Origin: Trichodesmium erythraeum IMS101
GTDB taxonomy: Bacteria > Cyanobacteriota > Cyanobacteriia > Cyanobacteriales > Microcoleaceae
NCBI RefSeq assembly: GCF_000014265.1
Contig: NC_008312.1
Span: forward strand, 5,640,001 to 5,672,000
Reading direction: 5' to 3'
DNA length: 32,000 bases
A program made the position numbers and the translations under genes. Within the stretch, counting starts at the first letter, position 1. Each line of letters opens with the position of its first letter. The notes beneath the pieces were generated by a model. The model ran no database searches and was not told the origin of the DNA. It saw only the letters and a list, made by a program, of their open reading frames with translations. Positions 8,263-15,408 of this stretch are shown in pieces.

Positions 8263-8602
8263 AAATTAAACTCCTTTGTATTAAACCTAAAGACTTGCTT
8301 GTCTTATTTGCATAAATACTTTTTCAAAAATCATTAAGCAAAAAAGTTAAAAAGGCTAAACAGAAAAGACTACTAGGGGTAACTACCTAAATAATCTTTG
8401 GATCACTAATTTTTTTGCTGCACCAACTGAATATCTAATTGTAACAATATTTTAAGAATTAAGACAAAAGTTTAAATATATCTATTATCTAATCTGAAAA
8501 GTATGGCATATTCAAACTCCACAAGACTTAGAAAATTCAAGCGATCGCCTTTTAGAAGAGCTTAACCATATTCCTGTAGAACAAAAATGGAACAAAGAGA
8601 AA

Positions 8603-8637
8603 TCAAAAGTTAAAAATCAAAAATCAAAAGTCAAAAG
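8603..8637. repeat. Heptamer tandem repeat (TCAAAAG-like, 5 copies), STRR-like
   Basis: The units read TCAAAAG TTAAAAA TCAAAAA TCAAAAG TCAAAAG. The same heptamer occurs twice at 5821-5834, next to the paralogous monooxygenase. Confidence 0.7.
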
Positions 8638-8797
8638 TGAGATGAATGAAATTAGAAGTCAGTGCCATAACTGTAGTTAGAGCTGAGGGAAGAAACCCAA
8701 CTACAATAGAAAGCTTGTTGGTTTCACTTCGTTCTATAAGGACCTAAATTTTTCTACATGCTTTGAGATTTTTTCCGTGTTTAGCTCCACTACTCTC

Positions 8798-10267
8798 CTA
8801 CAATAATGTTTGCATAGCCTCCTCAATATTCCGAGAGAAAACTGCTTGATGATACTTCTGTAACTTCTCAGATGAAGAAAAAGGCCTACCTATTAAAGTT
8901 TGTTGTTGAATGTAAGTCACAAATGGACGACGCAAAGCCTCATATTTGCTAAAAGCTGCTTCTATCGCTGTTATATCATCCCACTTATTTTGCTTATTAA
9001 TCTCAGCCACCAAAGTAGCGATCGCTGCAGCATCCTCTAGTCCTTGGTTAGCTCCTTGACCAATAAACGGTGGCATACCATGAGCAGCATCTCCCGCCAA
9101 TACAACCCGTCCCATATTCCATTTAGGCTGTTCTGGAGTAGAAACAGTGGCATGATGAGTATAATACGGACGTTGTATAATCTGATCTGGGTCAGATAAA
9201 GCTACCAACTGTTGAATTATCTCTGGAAAGCCTGCTTTTTTTAACTCTTCTACGGCAATATCAATTAACTCTTCTCCCGATTTTTCAAGCAATGACTCTA
9301 AAGGGAAAGCTCCATGGAGGAGATATCCAAACTGACAAGGTTGAAGAGAAAATAAAATCATTCTGGGAACATCACTATCGGGAATTTGATTATTTTTGAT
9401 AGTTACTATATTAGGAGAACTATGAAAAAATCTTTCCTTAATTTCTTCTGAAAGTGCTTCTGCGACCTGAAGTGTTCCACCATTGCCAATTGCACCAATA
9501 CCAGAATATTCTGGTTGACTATATCCACTGTATAGAGTATTTTTATAGATTACTTGACGGACCTTAGAGTTAATTCCATCTACTCCTAATAATAGTTTAG
9601 CACGAATTGATGTAATTTCTGATTCCGGATATTGGGAGGAATTCACACCACTGATCTTATTCTTTTCTTGTGGATCATTCCAGTGAGAATAGGGGTTAGT
9701 TTCTACTTCCTGATCAGACAGAAAATCTGCTCTCACACATTCAAATTCTGGCTCAGTAACTACACTAATACAACGATGATTAGCTTTAACACACTCAACT
9801 GGTAATAGTTTTCTTAGTTGAGTTTGTAACTCGTACCAATAAATAGGGACTCTACCCTCCTCGTAATTTTGAAAATATCCATCGTATCTCAGGGGAAAAG
9901 GACAAATTTTTTGCCCATTCACATTTATGACATCCCATTCTGGCGGAGGCTGTTTTTTTTCTGTTCCAGTTTTCTGACTTGTCTGTAGTGAATTATTTGG
10001 TTGATCAATAGTAGCTTTAATATTCTTGTAAGCTTTAGAATCAATATATTTAAGAGCTTTTAAGCCATTGGGTAAAAGATCAATAACCTGACCAACTTTA
10101 CGGAAAACCTTAGTTTGGTCGAGAACAATAATATTTTCAATTCCACGTTGGCGTAAACCGAGAGCAGTTGCTAGTCCCACTGGGCCAGCACCGACGATCG
10201 CTACATCATAATCAATTTTTGGACTGGAGTTTTCCCCTAAAAATGGTTCTGTCTGTTGTAGTTTCAT
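8798..10267 (-). CDS. FAD-dependent monooxygenase, copy 2 (paralog of 5835-7304)
   Basis: 489 aa, the same length and motifs as copy 1 (VAIVGAGPVGLATA, GVDGINSKVRQ, LAGDAAHGMPPFIGQGANQGLEDA). It is collinear with copy 1 without indels. Confidence 0.85.
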   Translation of the reverse strand: MKLQQTEPFLGENSSPKIDYDVAIVGAGPVGLATALGLRQRGIENIIVLDQTKVFRKVGQVIDLLPNGLKALKYIDSKAYKNIKATIDQPNNSLQTSQKTGTEKKQPPPEWDVINVNGQKICPFPLRYDGYFQNYEEGRVPIYWYELQTQLRKLLPVECVKANHRCISVVTEPEFECVRADFLSDQEVETNPYSHWNDPQEKNKISGVNSSQYPESEITSIRAKLLLGVDGINSKVRQVIYKNTLYSGYSQPEYSGIGAIGNGGTLQVAEALSEEIKERFFHSSPNIVTIKNNQIPDSDVPRMILFSLQPCQFGYLLHGAFPLESLLEKSGEELIDIAVEELKKAGFPEIIQQLVALSDPDQIIQRPYYTHHATVSTPEQPKWNMGRVVLAGDAAHGMPPFIGQGANQGLEDAAAIATLVAEINKQNKWDDITAIEAAFSKYEALRRPFVTYIQQQTLIGRPFSSSEKLQKYHQAVFSRNIEEAMQTLL

Positions 10268-10299
10268 AAATTAATCTTAAATAATGATGATAATTATTT

Positions 10300-10327
10300 T
10301 TTAATAAAATAAAGCAACTATTGTTGC
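10300..10327 (-). terminator. Weak hairpin plus U-rich tract downstream of the kinase gene
   Basis: GCAAC (10314-10318), loop TATT, GTTGC (10323-10327). On the minus strand it is followed by TTTATTTTATT. The 5-bp stem is short, and such structures are easy to find by chance in AT-rich DNA. Confidence 0.25.
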
Positions 10328-10390
10328 AAGCATCAGCTAAAATTTTTATTTGTATTAGTCCTTTAATTATAAACATTCAACTAACTGTTT

Positions 10391-12385
10391 TTATGGAACC
10401 TGCCAAATTTTAATAGTTTTATCATTACTCCCACTTGCTAAACTCCTACCATCCTGACTAAACACCACTGAAAACACATCGCTAGAATGACCATTAAGAG
10501 TTTCCAACAACTCCCCAGTCACAGCATCCCACAAATTAATCACGCCATTGCGATACCCAGCAGCAACTATTTTTCCATTCGGACTAAACCCCACTGACAA
10601 AACATCACTCACACCATACTTCAAATGTTGTATCGGTGTAGAAATAAGTTCCCCTCCATAAACCTGCCATAACTTAACAGTACCATCCCGACTACCACTG
10701 CCTAATACTCCTCCATCCGGACTAAAACTTAGCGATCGCACCCAGTCTGAATGACCTTGAATGCTAAATAATTCTTTTGCCTTTTGCAAGTCCCATATTT
10801 TAATAGTTTGGTCGCGGCCGCCACTTGCTAAAATTCCACCATCTTTATTAAAAGCAACAGTATAAACCCGGTCTTGATGTCCGGCCAAAGTAAACCAGCG
10901 TCTTGCCTTCTGCAAATTCCAAATTTCAATAGCTCTATCCCTACCTCCACTCGCTAACATTTGATTATCCGGACTAAACGCCACCGTATCCACCCAGTCA
11001 GAATGACCAAGAAGAGTAAACCAACGTTTGCCTTTTTTCATATCCCAAATTTCAATAGTTTTATCCCGACTGCCACTCGCCAACATTTGATTATCCGGAC
11101 TAAACGCTACCGAACTTACCGAGTTACCATGACCAGTGAGAGTAAACCAACGTTTACCTTTAGTCATATCCCAAATTTCAATAGTTTTATCCCGACTGCC
11201 ACTCGCCAAAATTTGATTATCCGGACTAAATGCTACTGAATTTACCGAGTCAAAATGTCCAGTCAAAGTCAAGACACATTTCCAAGTTGACTGTTGTGGT
11301 TGAGGAAGAACTGTCGGCTGTATAACATAAGGGGGCGCAGTGATCGAATTTGTAGATTGTTTTGTTGGCTGTTTGGGAGACGTATATGTCGCCATCGTTG
11401 GCCTATTAGGAATGGGAGAGCTTGTCGATCTTTTAGTTGTGGAAGCTGTCGGTGGAAAAGTATTAGGAGCAGTAGGAAATGCCTGAGTTGGGTTTAACTC
11501 CTTCATTACTTCTAGAGCAGACTGGTAACGTATTTGGGGGTTAGTCATCAGCATTTTATCAATAACTTTTCCGAGTTTACTATTAAAAGGCTGATTTAAA
11601 TAATCTCGCCATACCCATTTATCTGCCATTACATCAAATAAATCAAAAGGAGATATTTGAGTCAACAAATAAATACAAGTTACTCCCAAACTATAAATAT
11701 CACTAGCAAAAATAGCATGACCTCTTAATTGTTCTGGAGCCACATATTCTGGACTACCAATTATTGTTCCTGGCTGCATTAAAGAAGTTCCAGTAATAAC
11801 TTTAGCCGCACCAAAATCAACTAAAACTAATTTATTAGTATTAGTCATCCATCCTATAGTTTCTGGAGTAGAACTACGACAAATAATATTTTCTGGTTTC
11901 AGGTCTCGATGAATTACTTTCTGTTCGTGAATAAACTTTAAAACTGGTAATAATTCATTCAACATTTGTTGAATTTGATTACTATCAAAAGGACCATTTT
12001 TTATTGACTCTTGAGCTAAATTAGAACCATCAATAAATTCCTGTACTAAATATTGATAATTATCCTGTTCAAAGTGAGCTAATAATTCTGGAATTTGTGG
12101 ATGTTTACCAAGTTCATCTAATCTAACTGCCTCTTGTTGAAATAACTCAGCAGCCTTTTTTGGATCCCCAGTATTTTGAGGTAAAAATTGTTTAATTACA
12201 CAGGGAGGATGAGAAGGTTTATCTTCATCCACAGCAAAAAAAGTCCGACCAAACCCACCCCTACCGATAGGTTTTATGGGGCGATATCTTTCTCTGAGCA
12301 GTAACTTTGACCCACAGGCGATGCAATATAATGTCCCTTCAGGATTTTGGGGATTTTGGCATTGAGGATTTAAGCAATAACTCAT
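10391..12385 (-). CDS. Ser/Thr protein kinase with N-terminal 4-Cys zinc ribbon and C-terminal WD40 repeats
   Basis: 664 aa. The zinc ribbon is CLNPQC...CIACGSKL. The Hanks kinase motifs are GRGGFG, HRDLKPENI, DFG and SPEYVAPE. A Pro/Thr/Ser-rich linker follows, then about seven 42-residue WD40 units (GH...SPD...LASGSRDKTIEIWD). Confidence 0.9.
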   Translation of the reverse strand: MSYCLNPQCQNPQNPEGTLYCIACGSKLLLRERYRPIKPIGRGGFGRTFFAVDEDKPSHPPCVIKQFLPQNTGDPKKAAELFQQEAVRLDELGKHPQIPELLAHFEQDNYQYLVQEFIDGSNLAQESIKNGPFDSNQIQQMLNELLPVLKFIHEQKVIHRDLKPENIICRSSTPETIGWMTNTNKLVLVDFGAAKVITGTSLMQPGTIIGSPEYVAPEQLRGHAIFASDIYSLGVTCIYLLTQISPFDLFDVMADKWVWRDYLNQPFNSKLGKVIDKMLMTNPQIRYQSALEVMKELNPTQAFPTAPNTFPPTASTTKRSTSSPIPNRPTMATYTSPKQPTKQSTNSITAPPYVIQPTVLPQPQQSTWKCVLTLTGHFDSVNSVAFSPDNQILASGSRDKTIEIWDMTKGKRWFTLTGHGNSVSSVAFSPDNQMLASGSRDKTIEIWDMKKGKRWFTLLGHSDWVDTVAFSPDNQMLASGGRDRAIEIWNLQKARRWFTLAGHQDRVYTVAFNKDGGILASGGRDQTIKIWDLQKAKELFSIQGHSDWVRSLSFSPDGGVLGSGSRDGTVKLWQVYGGELISTPIQHLKYGVSDVLSVGFSPNGKIVAAGYRNGVINLWDAVTGELLETLNGHSSDVFSVVFSQDGRSLASGSNDKTIKIWQVP
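10915..11240 (-). repeat. Near-identical 126-bp WD40-coding units
   Basis: TATCCCAAATTTCAATAGTTTTATCCCGACTGCCACTCGCCAA starts at 11041 and again at 11167, a shift of 126. A more diverged third unit starts at about 10915. Confidence 0.7.
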
Positions 12386-12594
12386 TTTAACAAGATTGGG
12401 CTAATATCTCTATGTTAATTATTTTCAGGAACTGATACCAATTGATTTTAAAGATGTCACAAATAGTTTCAAACTTTAAATGTCAAGTAATTTATTAATA
12501 TTAGTGTACATTAAAAGTATGGTATTAGGGGTGGGTTTTCTACTTCCGCACTAAAAACAAATTTTGACCTCCTAATTATAGGAATTACTATATT

Positions 12595-12942
12595 CCTAAT
12601 TTTCAATTTATATAATATTCGTGAGACGCAATTCTCAACCAAGAAATATATAAGAATAAATAAAGTCTCTTCAATGAGATTATTTTTTTGTGATACACAC
12701 CATTAACTAATTAGCAAATCGTGAAAGTAGAGTGTTTAAGATTTGCAATTTATTGCAAATCACCCAATCCTAATTTTCAATTTATATAATATTCGTGAGA
12801 CGCAATTCTCAACCAAGAAATATATAAGAATAAATAAAGTCTCTTCAATGAGATTATTTTTTTGTGATACACACCATTAACTAATTAGCAAATCGTGAAA
12901 GTAGGGTCTTTAAGATTAGCAATAAATTGCAAATCACCCAAT
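12595..12942. repeat. Tandem duplication of a 174-bp non-coding unit
   Basis: Copy 1 is 12595-12768 and copy 2 is 12769-12942. The first ~137 nt are identical by eye, and differences cluster in the last ~35 nt. Each copy carries a TATAAT box, a weak hairpin plus T7 run, and a 9-bp-arm palindrome (ATTTGCAAT-TT-ATTGCAAAT at 12741-12760). Confidence 0.9.
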
Positions 12943-13496
12943 CCTATAAAATGTACAATCTAATATTATAAAAAATGTAAAAAAGCAGATTATTCTACTT
13001 TTATAGCATCATCATCCTAGCAATTTAGACTAACAAATTATCCTACAAGCTTAGTAGGATACATTTATTCCTTTATTCCTTAATTTTTATATCTAGCTCT
13101 GAGAAAATACTCGCAAAGTTATCTCTCAGGAACAAAAACTAGATACTTTTTTAAAATACCTAAAAAGGCTAAAGTTAACATTAATAATTATAGCATAAAA
13201 TTAAAATATATGGCAAAATCAGGATAGTTAAAGTAATTGTCAAAAAATCATATATCAAATACGACTTTTTTAGAGCTAATTGTTCAAGTAAATATTAAGA
13301 GGCTAAATTACTTGCTATACTTAGGTTGAGCGAGTTATTTACCACTCAGCCCCAAATTACTAAAAGCTAAGTAAAATAAGACTTTTAGCTAAGTTCACAA
13401 ATCAACCCTTACCAGGAAAAGTCTATATATTCCCGCCCTAAAGCGCGGAGTATTATAAATGCCAAAATCCAACTTTTAGATCAATTTATAATACCA

Positions 13497-14852
13497 ATGA
13501 CAATAACTAAAACAAAACTAATAAATTGGGATGACTTAGCATCAGAGCTAACAGATATCGAAATTATTAGAGAACCAAATCAAGTTATTAAACTCTCCTT
13601 AGATTATTATCATTTCAGTCCGATTTTACAATCAAAACTGAAAGATAAAAAAGCTAATTTAGTTCTCAGACCCACCAATGAAACAGAAGTTTTACAAATA
13701 GCTAAAACCTGCGTTAAATATCAAGCACCTTTAACAGTTAGAGGAGCTGGAACTGGTAATTATGGGCAATGTATTCCTTTAGAAGGAGGGGTAATTCTCG
13801 ACACTACAAAAATGAATAATATTAATTGGATTAAACCAGGTTTATCTTCTGTTGAACCAGGGGTAAAATTAGTCGCTTTAGATAAAAAAGCTAAAGAAAT
13901 TAGTTGGGAATTAAGAATGTTTCCCTCAACTTATCGTACTGCTACAATTGGGGGATTTATTGGTGGTGGTAGTAGTGGAATTGGTTCAATTAATTATGGT
14001 GCTTTGAGAGATCGTGGTAATCTTTCTGCAGTGCGAGTTGTTACTATGGAAGACGAACCAAGAGTTATAGAATTGCGCGGTGATGATGTACAAAAAGTTA
14101 ATCATGCTTATGGCACAAATGGAATTATTACTGAATTAGAAATACCTCTAGCTCCTACTTATCCTTGGGCAGAATTAATAGTAACTTTTGATGATTTTAT
14201 GACCTGTGCAAAATTTGCTCAAGCATTAGGAGATAGTGATGGAATTGTCAAAAAGTTGATTACTATTTTTGCTTGGCCGATACCTAGTTTTTTTGCTGGT
14301 TTAAAAAAATCAATTCCTCAAGGAAAACATTGTGCTTTTTTAATGATATCTGAATATAACTTGGAGCTATTTCAGGATTTAGTTAAAGAATTTAAAGGTG
14401 AAATTTCTTATCAAAAAACTGCTCAAGAGACAAAGAATGGTACGCCAATATATGAGTTTACTTGGAATCATACAACGTTACATGCTCGGAGTGTAGATAC
14501 AAATTTGACTTATTTACAAAGTGGTTTTCCAAGTGATAAAAACTTAGCACTTATAGAAAAAATGTATCGGCATTTTGGGGATGAAGTAATGATGCATTTA
14601 GAGTTTATGCGAATAGATGGTCAAACTACACCAGTAGGATTACAAATTGTCCGTTATAGTTCAGAAAAACGACTGAATGAAATTATTGAATATCACGAAG
14701 AAAATGGGGTAAATATTTTTAATCCTCATACCTATATTTTGGAAGATGGAGGAATGAAAACTACGGATTTTGAACAGTTAGAATTTAAGCAAAAAGTAGA
14801 TCCATTAGGATTATTAAATCCGGGAAAAATGAAAGCTTGGTTAGAGAGATAG
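13497..14852 (+). CDS. FAD-linked oxidase (FAD_binding_4 / PCMH-type) family oxidoreductase
   Basis: 451 aa. It has the N-terminal FAD-binding pattern PLTVRGAGTGNYGQ, typical of the GlcD / D-lactate dehydrogenase-like family. The substrate cannot be inferred. Confidence 0.75.
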   Translation: MTITKTKLINWDDLASELTDIEIIREPNQVIKLSLDYYHFSPILQSKLKDKKANLVLRPTNETEVLQIAKTCVKYQAPLTVRGAGTGNYGQCIPLEGGVILDTTKMNNINWIKPGLSSVEPGVKLVALDKKAKEISWELRMFPSTYRTATIGGFIGGGSSGIGSINYGALRDRGNLSAVRVVTMEDEPRVIELRGDDVQKVNHAYGTNGIITELEIPLAPTYPWAELIVTFDDFMTCAKFAQALGDSDGIVKKLITIFAWPIPSFFAGLKKSIPQGKHCAFLMISEYNLELFQDLVKEFKGEISYQKTAQETKNGTPIYEFTWNHTTLHARSVDTNLTYLQSGFPSDKNLALIEKMYRHFGDEVMMHLEFMRIDGQTTPVGLQIVRYSSEKRLNEIIEYHEENGVNIFNPHTYILEDGGMKTTDFEQLEFKQKVDPLGLLNPGKMKAWLER

Positions 14853-15408
14853 GAAGAGATATAGAAAGAGATACAGGAAAAAATATTAGGGTAGTTCTTG
14901 TAGGGTATGTTTTCCTGGGAAATGTCAAAGGCGAGTCGTAACATACCATCTATATTATGCGATCGCCGTAAATTTTATGTTGGTAGTTCGACTGGTTTTG
15001 CTATTTTTTTTCATCAAGAGATATGAAATGGTTAGGATTTAAAATAGGTAAGTTATCTACTTCTGCTTAACAAACAACTTGAGTAATTAAAATATCATCA
15101 ATTCTACTTCCTATTCAATTCAAAGTAACCATTTTTAAGAATATTTTGATGACCTTTAATTATGCTTTTAACTTAATAATATTCTTATTCAGCAATTAAT
15201 TAAATCTCTTACAAGAATAAATATAATATAATTCCCCGATAAATTGTGCCAAAAAAACTATGGATATTGACACATTTTTTGATGATATTTTTGTGCTTTT
15301 ATTTTGATTAAATTACCATTAAAAATAATAACTTAATTGCTACAATTTATTATCCTATAATATCATATTTTTGATACTATTTTTACCTTTATCTGCAAAC
15401 AAGCAAAG

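Noticed and set aside
10961-11497. Plus-strand ORFs 10961-11239 and 11294-11497 inside the kinase gene
   Set aside because: They are antisense to a gene with full kinase and WD40 motifs. The first is periodic because it mirrors the 126-bp WD40 repeats.
15326-15361. Promoter-like TTAATT-N17-TATAAT about 48 nt upstream of the helicase start
   Set aside because: The -10 hexamer is perfect (15356-15361), but such hexamers are abundant in this AT-rich spacer and the -35 is weak. This is not enough to call a promoter.
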